A stretch of DNA of 64,000 bases from Octopus vulgaris (taxonomy: Eukaryota). The stretch covers positions 38,998,001 through 39,062,000 of the forward strand of contig OX597825.1 in NCBI GenBank assembly GCA_951406725.2, given 5' to 3'. The notes under the pieces are model-generated. The model did no database searches. It was not told the origin of the DNA and worked only from the letters and a program-made list of their open reading frames with translations. Positions within the stretch are counted from its first letter, which is position 1. Every line of letters begins with the position of its first letter. Positions 26,325-40,456 of the stretch are shown piece by piece. Both the position numbers and the translations under genes were made by a program.

Positions 26325-27975
26325 ATATATACCCCTCCATCGATGTAGACTTTGCTGTCGATAAATGTATAGAAATAGTTAGTGAGAGTAGTATGATATT
26401 TAAGAATGTGGATGTATATGAACTAGGGTTCTTCCTGGCCCTGACGTGTACCAATGAATAGCTATCGCACAATAACCTTCTGTATTCTTGTCCCACTCGT
26501 AACAAACGAGGTAGACCACCTAACATTACCTCAGCATACAGGAAGACTCACAGTGAGCCCTGGCAGGGATGGACGAAGCCGGACTACCCACCTTCAAGTG
26601 CACACGACATTAGAACCACCATCGCACATTCTATCGGTGTCAGCCTGAGAATTACACTTAAAACACATATTTTTCAGTTTGTCAACATACTGTATAAGCA
26701 TACGATAGGCGGTGCTAATGGAGTAGGGATCGCCGGTGACGTTGCAAACCTCTTCATGGTATGGTGGGACAAACATTTTAAACTGCCTAGCAAACCGTAA
26801 CATCCACTTGCCTATGTACTCTCGTTACGACGACATTGACATTGACCTTGTCGTGAAATGTTATAATACAGACACAGTTATGGGCCCTCTACCAAGTGAA
26901 GAACAAGTGATGACATCTAGTACAACACATAGCTGACTCTATCCACAGCAGTATAAAAGTTACCATAGACTACCCCTCTAAACACCCCAGTAAACGATTA
27001 CCCGTCCTAGATACTGAGCTATGGATAGAAGATGCTATTGTTAATGGAACCATTAAACCCTGTATACTCCACCCACACTATCAGAAACCGATGGCTAATC
27101 CACTAGTAATCCGTAGTGACTCAGCTATGTCGAATACTGCCAAACTCAACATCCTAGTGGCAGACTTAATTAGAGTAATGTGGAATGTATCACCACTATG
27201 CCAACCAAAAGAACGACAACAACACATCCAGCACTACATATTCCGAATGCAACGCTCCGGAGACACACACGACGATAGAGTCAGAGTGTACAAGAGAGCG
27301 AAAGCAAGATTCGAACGCATTCTAAGGGACGACGAAAACGGTATATTCCCCCTATACCGCAACAAGTTCTGGAATAGTTTAGAGATGGACACCAACAAAA
27401 GGATGAGAAACGATACTTGGTATGATAACAGGAAATTTCACGAAGTAATGTTCCTTGACGCCACACCTAAGAACGAGCAAAGTAAGGCATTCAAAAAATC
27501 CTGCGCACTACTGGCCTTAAAATCAAAATTGTAGAAAAGACAGGTAGGACTATCAAATCGGCATTATGCAGATCATATCCATTTGATAGAATCACCCGTC
27601 AAAGTAATTGTGCAGTATGTTCGACAAACCCACATGTAAACTGCAAAACCAAGGGCACTGTATACCAAATTGAGTGCCAAGAAGGGGCTTGCGCGACTAA
27701 CCTAGAGTCATGCATAGGTGAGACGTCTGGGAGTATCAAGGATAAATTCAAAGAACACATGGAAAACTACATTGAAAGGAAGCCAAACTCCATCTTCTAC
27801 CAACATGCTGTAGACTGTCACAAGGGATCCTTAGGGAAACTTAAGTTAAACATCCTATCAACACATCCCACCGATGCAATGTTGAGACAGGTCACAGAAG
27901 CTGTTTGTATACAAGAATACAGACCTACTCTCAACCGAAAATCCGAATGGAGTAACATCCAGATCCCATTCGGGA
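26325..27975 (+). mobile_element. Naiad-like PLE, degenerate copy 2 (RT to GIY-YIG)
   Basis: YPSIDVD, GVGIAGDVANLFMVWWD, YSRYDDI, DYPSKH..RLPVLDTELW, AKLNILVADLIRVM, TVYQIEC..IGETS, AMLRQVTEAVCI..LNRKSEW. Confidence 0.9.
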
Positions 27976-28526
27976 GGACCATTCTACAACCACCCCTCTC
28001 TCTCTCGTTTACATGTAATCCTTACATACATGTTGCAATGCGTGGTGCTAAGACACTTATGTGCAGTTGTATATAACCGTATGAACGTACGTTGTTTGAT
28101 ACGTATGTGCGTGTGTGGTGCTATAAAAAAATGCACATGCGTGCACATATGAGCATGTATGGATGTATGTATGTATTGTATATGTGTGCGTTTATGCATA
28201 TATATAAAAAAAGAGCCCATAGGTTAATATAATCCATGTTCGATTTTTAACCGTTGTCCTTGTATACTGTGTCGTATTTTGTATGTATGTGTGTGTGTGT
28301 GCGTGTGTGTGTGCGTGGGTGTGTGTGTATGTGTGTAATAGGTCATATGTATATAGAAGTGGATAAGAATATATGAGTATATAATTTAAGATTATATGTA
28401 TATTTATGAGTGTGTCTATATGATTGTGTGTACTTGCGTATATGCATATGGTTATAGGTGCACAGTTGCACCTGAACGTTGTATCCATTCATAGTTAGAC
28501 GATGATGAGAGGAACAAACACACACC

Positions 28527-28580
<54 letters not shown>

Positions 28581-29572
28581 TGTGCGTCTATACAAACATA
28601 TATGTGTGAATATATACAACCTTCAACAAATTAACAGTCATGTACACAACTTGGACGGACACATACCAGTACACGGACATACGTTCACATGCACAAACAC
28701 ATGTACACACACACACAGACGCGTCTGCCCATTCCCCTAGATACTCACATACATACGTAGCACATAAGTACAAACATACATAAATACCTACGTATGGTCA
28801 TAGACACACACACGTACATACGCACGTACATGTACGCACACACATACATAGGCACATGCATACGTGCGCGTATACATAAATACGTGCATGCGTACGTACG
28901 TGCGCACACACATACTTACATACATACATACAGACATACACACATACATACGTATATATATTTAACCTGAACTAACTAGATATAAGGGAGAAAAAAAAGA
29001 TAAGTAATAGTAAAACAAAAGTTTTGTGATATAGAGATAAATGTCTGATAATAGGTTTTAGAGTTTTGTTTTGGGGGTGAGGGTCGTAAATCACTTCCTA
29101 GTTTCGGCAGGGGGAGGTTGAAATTTGTTATTGTTGAAATGAGTGGTCAGTCTACATCTATCCATCACTACAGGTTTATAGCTTTAAGTTTATAGTGTGT
29201 ATGTGCGTGCATATACACACATACATACATATATATATACATACATGCATACACACAGGTGTATGTACGTACATACATACATACATGGATGCATGCATAC
29301 ATGCGTGTATACATACATACACACATACATACGTACATATATATGACGAACTAACTGTTACTTTCTCAGATGCAGCACGGATTTTTGTCAGTGAACAGGT
29401 CACGGTCTTATAGCGAAGAAAATATTTTGACAAATTAAACTTAAATGTTGAAGTGAATCGAACGGCTTTTGTGTGTTTCTTAAATGGCTTACAAACACCT
29501 TCCACGCTGCAATTATTTTCGTTCCAGCACACGATCTCAGATCAAATCACTTGCTATGCAAGTACATCTCCG

Positions 29573-29658
<86 letters not shown>

Positions 29659-29674
29659 TTCATACACACAGACC

Positions 29675-29751
<77 letters not shown>

Positions 29752-29779
29752 ACGTGCTTTTCTCTTACTCATACCTTTC

Positions 29780-29990
29780 ACAATCAGCTGAAGTTGATTT
29801 TAGAACACCTACGAGATGTTCGGGCACGCACAAACATACCCGTCGCCAGTCATTAGCACTTGCCCAACCACTCTACATCTAATATTTCCATTTTTGGTCT
29901 CGCCCCGTACCACGGACCACACTCGCATCTCCGCCTTGAGGAGCGATACATTTTCAATCAACAAACATATATTCCTTTCGCACTCAAAAC
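29780..29990 (+). mobile_element. PLE GIY-YIG C-terminal fragment (Neptune/Poseidon-like)
   Basis: EHLRDVRARTNIPVASH*HLPNHSTSNISIFGL..LRLEERYIF. Confidence 0.6.
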
Positions 29991-31149
29991 AACACCCTCC
30001 TCTTAACGACTGTTTCTACACCCTCCTGAAAAAAAAGCAACTTTTTTTTACTTTCTTGTCTTCTCTTTTTCTATCCTCTTTCATACCCAATTACTTTCTC
30101 ATACTGTTATCGTTTTGCAATTTTTAATGTTATTTTGTGTCGAATTTTAATTTTTTTTTAACAATATTAATTTCTTTTTTATCCCTTTAATTTATTCTAT
30201 TTTTCTTTTCCTATCTTGTATCCGTTATTTTTGTATTTTTTATACGCTTTTTTAAAGTTTTACATATTGTACCCTACCCTCATTTTTTCCTTTTTTATCT
30301 ATTTTATTTTATGTTTTATTTTATTTCTGTATACATGCACACATATACACACACATGCACAAATACACGCACACGCACACTCATGAACGCACATATACGT
30401 TCCACACACACAACACACTACACATGACACATACATGCACACGTATACACACACACACACATTCACATACACACGCGCATACACGCGCATAAGCACGCAC
30501 GCGCATAAGCACGCACGCGCATAAGCATGCACGCGCATAAGCACGCACGCGCACAGAAACGCACATATACCTCTACACTCACAACTCCACGCACACACAC
30601 ACACACACGCACACATAAACACAGATACATACACACGCACACATATACACACGTACAAACATGAATTCACATATACCTCCCACACACCATGCACACAACA
30701 TGCGCATACATGCACAGACACAACACACACATACATGAGCACACTCACGTACACATACAAACACACGCATACACACACGCACACGCACACACGCAATCGC
30801 ACACACGCACATGAATGCACACATACCTAACACATATACACGCGCACCGCACACGTAACCCCACGTACACACCGCTACACACGCGCGTACACGTGCATAT
30901 ACACACAGACACACGCACGCACACGCAAATGAATGCACACATGCCATACACACACACAACACATGCATTCACGCACACAATTACACATGCGCCAGCTTAC
31001 ATACACGCACACACACGCACGCAATCGCATGCAGACGCACGCAGGAGCACACAGGTAGCTCCACGCACAACTACGCGAAGTAACACCACACAAGCTGCTG
31101 AATTCTTCCTACAGCACTAACAGGCAGAAAGTTCACTCATACATATATA

Positions 31150-31383
31150 TATTTCTTTACTACTCACAAGGGGCTAAACACAGAGGGGACAAACAAGGAC
31201 AGACAAAGGGAATAAGTCGATTACATCGACCCCAGTGTGTTACTGGTACTTAATTTATCGACCCCGAAAGGATGAAAGGTAAAGTCGACCTCGGCGGAAT
31301 TTGTACTTCGAACGTAACGACAGACGAAATACGGCTACGCATTTTGCCTGGCGTGCTAACGTTTCTGCCAACTCGCCGCCTTA
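31150..31383 (-). mobile_element. OR-type (Meta-domain-like) tRNA-derived SINE with a Tx1-like 3' tail
   Basis: Reverse complement AAGGCGGCGAGTTGGCAGAA..CCTTTCATCCTTTCGGGGTCGATAAATTAAGTACCAG..TTTGTCTGTCCTTGTTTGTCCCCTCTGTGT..GAAATA; possible TSD CATACATATATA at 31138-31149 and 31386-31397. Confidence 0.85.
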
Positions 31384-31776
31384 TACATACATATATAAAC
31401 GGACAACTTCACACAACCACCACATACACAACACATACACAGGCATGATATTAAACTCACACTAAGAGTCTAGCTTGTACGCACATACCTACACATAGAC
31501 ACACATCCCTCCTTCACTTTCATTCTCCTGTCTTAGAAAGAACTTTTTCTTCACCGATTCCCTTCCGGTCATTTCAAAATGTAGCTGCACGTGAATCGTT
31601 TCTTAACTCTCTTTCCTTTCCTGAGCGTCTGCTAATATTTTGCATGTACCACTAGCTCACGTTGTTTTTAGGGTTTGTTCATCATTTTTTTGGGGTGGGT
31701 GGGGGTACTAGCATATATATATAAAGAAAATTACCCTCCCCCGACACAACAGTGTATATATATATATATATATATA

Positions 31777-34150
31777 CACTGTTGTGTTGGGGGAGGGTAA
31801 TTTTCTTTTCTGCCTTATTATTTAACAAACTATCGGTAAAATGTCCACTTTTTATCTTATTTTTTGTTTATTTGTGTGCATGCGTGTGGGTCACTGTGTG
31901 TGTGTGTGTCTATGTATGCATGCATGCACGTATGTATTTATGTTTATGTATGTATACATGTGTGTGTATGCCTATGTATATATGTTTGTATGTATGTATG
32001 TATGTGCATCTTTATATGTGTGGACTTGTGTCTCCATATGTATCCTTGTGTAGAGTAAAGTGTGTGTGTATATATGGTCATATATTTCAGTCTCCATTTA
32101 CGTATGTGTGCTTGACTGTTCATATAACATATGTACCTCTCCGTCAGTATGTTGATCTGTTTATTTTCATATCCATATGCTTACATACATGTGCACACAC
32201 ACCACAGCCACACACACACATACATACATCTAACAACATAACAGCCCACTAACTAACTATTCTACTCTACCTGTGTAAACTGTGGGTATGTAGCTATGAT
32301 ATCTACTATGTATATATCCTATTTAGTTTTGGATAAGTTTCATATATAAGGACGTACTCCCGTATTTGAGTGTTGTGTCTTTTGGGAGCTTGGATAAGAA
32401 GCAGATGTGAAGTTGACCCAAGTTACCGCCATGGTGGTCTTTGGCATATTGGTAGAGTATGGAGGACTATATTTTGTCTTTATAAAGTCCCAGATTGTCA
32501 TTTAGTCGTTTCGCAATGCCCCTAGATGTCTCCCCTATGTACGTCTCATGTTCATATCTTTACAAGAACCTTATATGTATCTTATGCTGTAGGCTACATT
32601 TCGAGTTCTACAGTTAATGCCAGGGCTAATGCTACATACCATGCAGTTACCATTGGTGCATATGGTATTCTCAAAGGGGTACGTCCTACATAGTTGTGAT
32701 CTGACAGATTTCCCTGATTTTTCAACGATCTTAATGTTGAGCTTTTTCTCCTTCAGAGCTTTTCTAAATCTACGGGCTTGTTCTCCATGGACTGTGGCCT
32801 CTAAAAATATCACTACTTGATATTGTCGTTTTTATACCACGTATTCACTCTGTTTGCTTTATCACAAGTTCTTTGTATCCTATTCCATTCTTTGTTTCTA
32901 TATCTGGGGCTGGTACCACTGATATCATTACGTATAATGGTGTCTAATTTCTTTCTAGCCCCACCCCCGCTGTATTCTCGAACCCTATCTTTTTGATCAT
33001 ATCCAGAGAACTGCAAGCGGTGCATGAAGTTCTGTATATGTTGTTTTCGTTTCATAGCGTTTGCATAGTGGGGACACATTGTTCATTATTCTAACTAGGC
33101 CTGCATTTATTATGTTAAGTTTCATGTAGTGTGACAAAGCTGATATCTTGTGAACAACATATTTTGAAGTTATGTTTCATGTAATAGGAGTGAACGAGCT
33201 GCAATCTATTGTTCATAGTCTCTAACCAAAGTTCAGTATCAAGTACAGGGAGTCTATTGTTGGAGTGCTTAGTGGGGTAATCTATAGTTACCTTGATACA
33301 TTGGTGGATGAAGTTAGCTATTTGCTGGATGCTCTCCATTACATTCTCACTTTTTACATTAACGTCACTACAGTTGGTCCTAACTATGATATTAATATCA
33401 TGTACATATCTACTGTAGAGTAGAAGAGTTGTGGACTGTTCTGATAGCATTTGTTTAAGTTTTTTGTCCCACCAGGTCATGAAGAGGCCAGCCATGTCTC
33501 CAGCTACACCTACACCAATGGCTGCTCTTTGAAATTGTATGTATAGTTTTTGTTAAACTTTACTATGCTGTTCTTCAAGGTGGTTTTTAAACTGGCCCCT
33601 ATTGCATGTGCAATCATTTCTTTCACCTAATTGTTGTTCTCAGGGTTTTCTGTGGGTGCGCTCCAGCCACTCCAGCACTCTGTGGTGCTGTTCTTCATTA
33701 CTGAAGTGATAGTGGGTGGTCATCCCTTCTGTGACGTGTTGCGGCAGAATTTACTGTGGTCATGGTCATATAAATAGTTACTGTCATAGCATAGTCTGTA
33801 CATATGTAAACACACACATGTATACATACACACACATGCATACATACACACATAAATGCATAAGAGCATACATGCATGCGTATGCACACACACACTGAGC
33901 CACACACAAGAGCACACCCAAACAAAAAGGAACACAGTGTAAATAACGGACAGAGTTAAGACTATTGAGAAAGTTTCAAGACGCAACGAAAATTTTAGAA
34001 AAATAAAAGTAACAAAAAAGTGGAAATTTTACCGGTGAGGGTGTTAAATTATAAGGCACAAAAAATTACTCTTCCAAGACACAACGGAATATGCTTCAAC
34101 ACATGAACTCACATAAAGAATCTTGCAAACCAAATCTAAAAACGAAAAAA
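31777..34150 (-). mobile_element. Naiad-like PLE copy 3 (coding part about 32340-33775) with 3' tail and an inverted terminal repeat at its 5' side
   Basis: MAGLFMTWWD, YSRYVHD, RLPVLDTELW, KIVEKSG, NVAYSI..YIGETS; 31777-31850 is homologous to the reverse complement of 34017-34090. Confidence 0.85.
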
Positions 34151-34592
34151 AAATATATATATATATATATATAAGAGACATATATATACATAGTAGGCAT
34201 ATAGATAGGTAGACAGACGGAGAGACAGACAGTTAGATCGCTAGATAGATAGATAGATAGATACAGATTATTACAAGTGCTGTTACTTATTTAGATTTGA
34301 AAAAAATTGGAGGTCGTCTGAATTTTGCTTAACCATTATTAGCATTTACATCTGGTTCGGTTCGAAGATTCATCATATCAGATATTTACAAAATATTTTA
34401 TGCCTATTTTATATTAATCTGATAGAGAATGTAATCGTGTTACATATGTGTGTGTGTTTATATATGTGTACGTACATATGTTGCTGTGTGTATTCATGTG
34501 CATATATGCGTATGCAGATATATGCATGCGTGATGAATTTTCGGAGGCTTCGTGAGAGGAATAATAGATGAAAAGAAAGAAATACAAATATA

Positions 34593-34687
<95 letters not shown>

Positions 34688-35689
34688 GTGGGAATGCTCC
34701 TGCGATTATCTGAATTTTATTCTATTCATATGGTCAGCTTGTTCAAAGTTAATGACAATTCAAGATTTCAGTTTTGTTTTTCTCATGGTTTTGAAAACAT
34801 TTCTCTCTCCTAATTTTCTCTTTTCCCATCTCTCTGTTTATTATTGTATACCAAATTACTTGTATGTAAGAATACACATACATACATTTACAGATTTATA
34901 CACATGATTCATAAAATACATAATGCAATACATGTATCATGTACTTACACACATTACACATGCATACATATATGCATATATATAAATATGTATACACATA
35001 CATGCTCACGCTTCTGTAAATATCCATGTGTATTATATTTTAGGAAATTGCTGTTATTCGTTGATTGAAACGATCATTCATAAAAGAGATAAGAATGGAT
35101 GCACTCATTATTATGAGATATGAAAGAAAGCCGAGTGTTTCAAATCATATTTAAGATGTAAATATACATTCAACCTAATATCAATGGGTTTTGGTACAAA
35201 ACCGATATGCTTGATGAGTGTCAAAATCGAATATTCAAGGATTTACTTTTCATTATTTCACCGAAAATCCATGTGTAAATCCAACGATATTTTTTGCAAA
35301 CGTTAGCTTCGTCCAGTGCGAGTTAACTAAGTAAAATAATGTTCATAAATTATTTAATTTCAGTGATTGTTAACATAAATAGTGACCATATTTAAGCGGT
35401 TAGTATAGACATGAATTGCTTCTCAGTACTTAGGGTCATCGTTTTTTTACTGGTAAACGAGTAAGACCTTGAATTTGCTGTCTCTTTTTATTTCCAGATG
35501 CATTCTCAGTGGATTCTTGCTTAATTGTTCTTGCCTGATGTGCGGAGTGTGGATTCTAGCATATTGGCAAAGAGAACTCTTGTCTTCAATATAATTTTCC
35601 TTCCATCACGGCGATAGCGATAAACGGAGAGTGAATATTATAAACGCAAAATATTGGATCATATAAGGAAGTAGCAATAAGTCCAGAAA

Positions 35690-35870
35690 AACGATAATAA
35701 CTATGACCAGAAATTAATTAACCAATCCTTCACGGATAAAGGAATAGACTATTTACGTAACTTCGAAATGAAAGAGTGCAATTTGTGGGGATTACACAAG
35801 TTCCACAAAATCTCGGAAATACAAAGAGCCATATGCGTAAAGAAAAATCAATACGTAAAACTACTAAGTA
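35690..35870 (+). mobile_element. Highly degraded PLE RT N-terminal remnant
   Basis: DYLRNFEMKECNLWGLHKFHKISEIQRAI resembles the FYGLPKIHK motif. Confidence 0.5.
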
Positions 35871-36689
35871 TACAGGTCACCACCTTTGCTGATCGAGTAA
35901 ACGCCTGTGTATTACCGGTGGATATCATTTCATATATGAAAAACAAAAATAATTACATTACCGCCATATGGATAATGATGTCCTTAGAGATAGTTAAAAC
36001 TCGCAATAAATACTTATTCTGCCGACCGCATGAGAAGAATAAGGTAGACATTAATGTAGTTCTGAATATACAAAACTTTGGAGCGGCCATGAATGCAAAA
36101 TTATCTGCTAAATCAGATCAAACCTTATCTATATGACACAAGGCATATTGAAACAGTTAGAATTAAAATATTCTATCAACTTATTAAAGCGAAATGATTG
36201 CTTCTTTACAGAACATTCTTCTTTAGTGTGAATTAGCTTTGAAATAGAATTATTAAACTCAGAATCGGTTATTATAACTATAGTTATTTTATATTATAAA
36301 ATTTGGTAGAGTACTAAGTGAAAAAAATGCAACTTCTACGATCATTTGTTGACACGATGTAAAATACTTAAGGAACTAACAACTGATGTATTACCGCAGT
36401 TGGATGTTGGAAAATGCAAGCCCACAGTATGCGAAATCATTAAAATTAGTCTGAATACCTGCACAAAATTAGTTGTCATAAAAATATTGACAAAAGTCAA
36501 ATTTTTTTCCAATGGGGAAACAACTTAACCCTAATTGTTCATGCAAAAGTAAATCACTTTGAAGATCTCTACGATAATATATCATAAGAGATATTCTCCG
36601 GATGATTGACATGGAATTAAATGAATGTGATGTGGCGTCATTAAACAGCTAGCGATGATTACAAAATCATCGTTGTTATGCAACACCGA

Positions 36690-37016
36690 AAGTATGTAGT
36701 TTAGGAGTCAGTGTATTCGGCTCACGATCTTCACGTCATGGTTCGATTCTCCGCAGCGAGTTGTATCCTGGAGCAGGACATTTTATTTTGCGTTGCGCTA
36801 GTCAAATCAAATGACACAAATCAGCTATTCAAAGGATCCGTGATGCAAGAATCCCTTTGTTGCATGCAATGTATCATACTGAATATCCCTGAGAAATATG
36901 TTAGTAATACGTTTTGTATGTGGAGTGATCAGACACATACAGGTCAACTTCATCACGAGGTTGTTCTATAGATAGAATCAACTGAAAAATTCGTCGTCTT
37001 AACTAAAGGAGTGCCC
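36690..37016 (+). mobile_element. Old tRNA-derived SINE of a third family
   Basis: B box-like GGTTCGATTCT followed by CORE/V-like GTTGTATCCTGGAGCAGGACATTTTATT; single copy in the window. Confidence 0.45.
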
Positions 37017-37019
37017 AGC

Positions 37020-38530
37020 TATGCTGTAGCACACCATGACGAACGTTACAGAAATAATCTTATCAATAATCAAGAAGAATGGCAATTCATTACACATTAG
37101 AATATTCGCAGAATCGATTATGGACATCTGGGAAAAAATGGACTCCTGCCACATGAGCAGAGGGGTTGCAAGCGTAAGTCCAGAGGTACTAAGGATGAAC
37201 ACCTTGTAGACAAACCTGAAAGAGGAGGAAATCCCACCTATCCATGTCATGGATCGATTATCGTATGGCGTATGATCCCACATTCTTGGATTATGGAATG
37301 AATGAACCTATTTGGTATTGCATCGAATGTTGAGTGATTGCTTGAAAAAGGTATGACGAATTGGAGGACGGAACTGATAGCATATGGAAAAGTTTAGGGA
37401 CAACAGAAATCAAGAGAGGCATCTTCCAAGGGGAATGTCTGTCCCCACTGATCTTTGTAATATTTATCATACCACTAACGCTGATTCTGAGGAAAGCAAA
37501 TGCTGGGTACGTATTCAAAACCCGCCAACAAAAAATCAAGCACTTGTTATTCATGGATAAACCCAATCTTTATCGTAAAGATGAATTCCAAGTCAGTTCT
37601 GTAGTTCGTACAGTGTATACTTTCAGTGCTGATACGGGTATGGATTTCGGAATGAAAAAGTTTGGTGTGTGGTGTTGAAGAGAGCCCAAATCAAATGAAT
37701 GGACGGGTTAGCGATACTGTCGATGAAGTTTATGAAGCGGTATATAAGTACTTGGGAACATTGGAAATAGATAAATTGATGTTAAAAAAACGTTAAGTTT
37801 GAGTACTTGTGAAGACTGAGCCTGGTCCTTAAGTCGAATTTAAACGGACGGAATAAGATTGAAGCTATCAACACCTGGGAAGTTTTTACTCCTTAGATAT
37901 GGAGGAGGGGGAATCGCATGGACAATAGATGAACTAAACAGCTTAGACAGAAAGACAAGGACGTTACTGAATAGATATGAGATACTCTACCCGAAAAGTG
38001 ACACAGACAGACAGTATGTACCAAGAAAAATAGTGGCAAGAGAATTTATTGGATGCCAACAAACGTTAGAGGTGAAGAAAACAACATAGTAGGTATGCAA
38101 AGATCGTATGTGATTATATGATTCAGTGCGACCATGAGATAAAGAATAGGAAGGCAGACATAGTCTTAATTGAGAAAGAAAGCAAACGATGCTGGATGAT
38201 GCATATAGCATGCCCAGTTGACGGCAAGTTATGCGATAAGGAAGAATGAAAGGTTTGTTTTAGACATTAAACAATTGTGGTCGATGAAAAAGATGGTAGT
38301 AGTACCAATAATTGTCGGAGCACTGGGGACAGTGAGTAAAAAATCTTGAGGGGTACATAGAAAAAATAGAGGCTGCAAAAAGTGTGGGGCACTTTCAGAA
38401 AACAGCATTGCTAGGAACCGCTCGAATACTCCGTATGTTGCTCGAAAAATAAGGGGAGTTACCTTTGATATCTGGTAGCGAAAAGCTGGCACCATAGTAC
38501 ATCTCCAGCGATATACGCTGTGCAAAAACA
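37020..38530 (+). mobile_element. R4/Dong-clade LINE 3' part (RT and restriction-like endonuclease), degenerate
   Basis: [10 protein letters not shown](H)SWI, IKRGIFQGECLSPLIF, HLLFMD, LDRKTR, YVPRK, ADIVLI..IACP, VVPIIVGALG, QKTALLGTARILR; followed by (AAT)/(AGT) repeats. Confidence 0.88.
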
Positions 38531-38589
38531 ATAAATAATGATAATAATAATGATAGTAGTGGCAGCAGCAGCAGCAGCATCAGTAGTAG

Positions 38590-38655
<66 letters not shown>

Positions 38656-38725
38656 ATAATAATATACATTTTAATAATAATAAGAAAAATAATATCAGCA
38701 ACAGCAAAAATAATAATTTTAATAA
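38530..38725. repeat. (AAT)n/(CAG)n/(AGT)n trinucleotide tract between two R4/Dong pieces
   Basis: Directly visible. Confidence 0.95.
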
Positions 38726-40172
38726 TGTTGACCACTCTGGTATTACTTGGTCGCAGTTAACAAGGTGTTTAGTTGCACAGCTATTCACCAAATTTTTTGA
38801 ACCAGTAGTCTTGAACGCCATGTGGTCCTGGGGCCTTCCATTTGCTCATCGTTTTGTTGATTTCCTTCCACTTCCCTCACTGAAAGGATTAGTTCTGCGT
38901 GTTTTGGGCAGACTACTGTTTGTTTCAGTTCTTGCAACCGTTCAGCATCCTTCTTGTACTCCTTGTCTTTGCTCCAGATGTCACTCCAAAGCCTTTCACT
39001 GTCATTGTTATCTGTACCAATTCCATTTCATCTGTACACTCATCATTCATTTCTTTATAGAATCTATTCTGATCTACTCTAAATAACCTATTCTGCTGGT
39101 AACCCATTATTTTTTGGTCGTGTCTTACCATCTTTGCTTTCTTTACTACGACGCACTGCTTCAGCTCCTCTATTACTACTTTCAGACCCTTACTTTCAAT
39201 ATTATACTTCCTTTTCAGTGCCCTGCATTTTTTCGTTTTTAAGCTCCCCTTTCTCTTTTTGGTCTTACACAGAAATATCCTTCGAGAGCATATCTAACAC
39301 TCCCTGTATTTTTTTCTCCCCCATGTGTCTTTTCTTTTGTAACTCTCATCGTATTTCATTTTCTTCACATCAGCATCCACATTTTCTGCTACAACTACAC
39401 TCGCTGCCTTGATCAAATCATTTGTTTCTGTGATGTTGTTTGTTCTGATGTATTTCAGAATATCATTGACATCTTTCGTTTCTTGGTTCAGCTTCTACCG
39501 GCCAACCTTTTTTAAGGTTGCAAATAATGTCGCTATCATTCTCCTATAGTCTTACCTTTATTCTGTCGTAGATTGCCTTTTGTTCATCTGTCATGTCGAC
39601 ATTAGTTTTATTGTCTTCTTTTATATCATCTATAAGCCTCTCATCAAATAAACTACCACTGATCCTTTCCTGTGCTATCAGGTTACATTTAGTAATATGA
39701 ACTGTATTTTTATTGCTATCTCTGCTGCTATTTTCCAAGACCAGTCTTTCGATAGCTCCGAGCTCTACTTCTGTGAAACAACGATTTTTTTTTTTCTTAT
39801 TGCTCTAGCTTGATCACATAGTCGCTGTTCTGTGAGATGAAACAATCCCTTTTCCCTCCAATGATCATACATACGTTGCCGGTAAACCCTAATTTGAGCA
39901 CCATTTTCACCTACCATGTGTTCGGGTGCCTTTCTGGATATATACAAGCTGGAGCCGGACCAGAATCTCTGAGCTTGCCGGGTGCAATTCTGTCACCATC
40001 AATGGTTTCAGTTTCATTACCACTGTTATTCACAATATTGTTTTTATTCATTGCCACTCATATGAGGTAGCGATTATCAGGTTGCCCAATTACCAGTGTT
40101 TGTATTGTGACATATCACTAGGTGTATCATTAATCAGCCCATGGGGAGGCTCAGGGCGACTCCACCCGATCC
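38725..40172 (-). mobile_element. R4/Dong-clade LINE 5' part
   Basis: YRQRMYDHWREKGLFHLTEQRLCDQARAIRK; YQQNRLFRVDQNRFY; PGPHG..; 5' end abuts (TAA)n. Confidence 0.8.
40081..40171 (-). ncRNA. Candidate degenerate HDV-like ribozyme at the R4/Dong 5' end
   Basis: P1 GATCG/TGATT (first pair G-U), P2 GTCGCCC/GGGCAAC, P3-L3 GCC-TCCCCATG-GGC; the P1.1 GG and the catalytic C are not evident. Confidence 0.45.
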
Positions 40173-40229
<57 letters not shown>

Positions 40230-40249
40230 ATTATTATTATTATCATTAT

Positions 40250-40418
40250 TAGTCAGTGGTTGTATTTTTATCACATGCTTTCACTACACTACCGAGCGCA
40301 GCTCTGTGTGTCTTGGGTATGTGGCGCGGTTTGTTGTGATGCTCTTTTTTTAAAACTGTATTGAAAGTGTTTTATGTAGGATGTGCGCAGGTCCTAGTAG
40401 TGATATTGTCTGTATACC
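40250..40418 (-). mobile_element. Short R4/Dong 3'-end fragment with (TAA)n tail at 40173-40250
   Basis: IQTISLLGPAHILHKTL resembles the R4 C-terminal LLGTAHILRK motif. Confidence 0.65.
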
Positions 40419-40424
40419 ATCATC

Positions 40425-40456
<32 letters not shown>

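Noticed and set aside
30470-30555. Short tandem GCACGCGCATAAGCAC-like repeats as a CRISPR-like array
   Set aside because: No unique spacers; a minisatellite derived from (CA)/(CG) repeats in eukaryotic DNA.
35490-35560. Splice-acceptor-like TTTTTATTTCCAG followed by ATG
   Set aside because: The ATG frame stops after eight codons and there is no supporting donor or homology.
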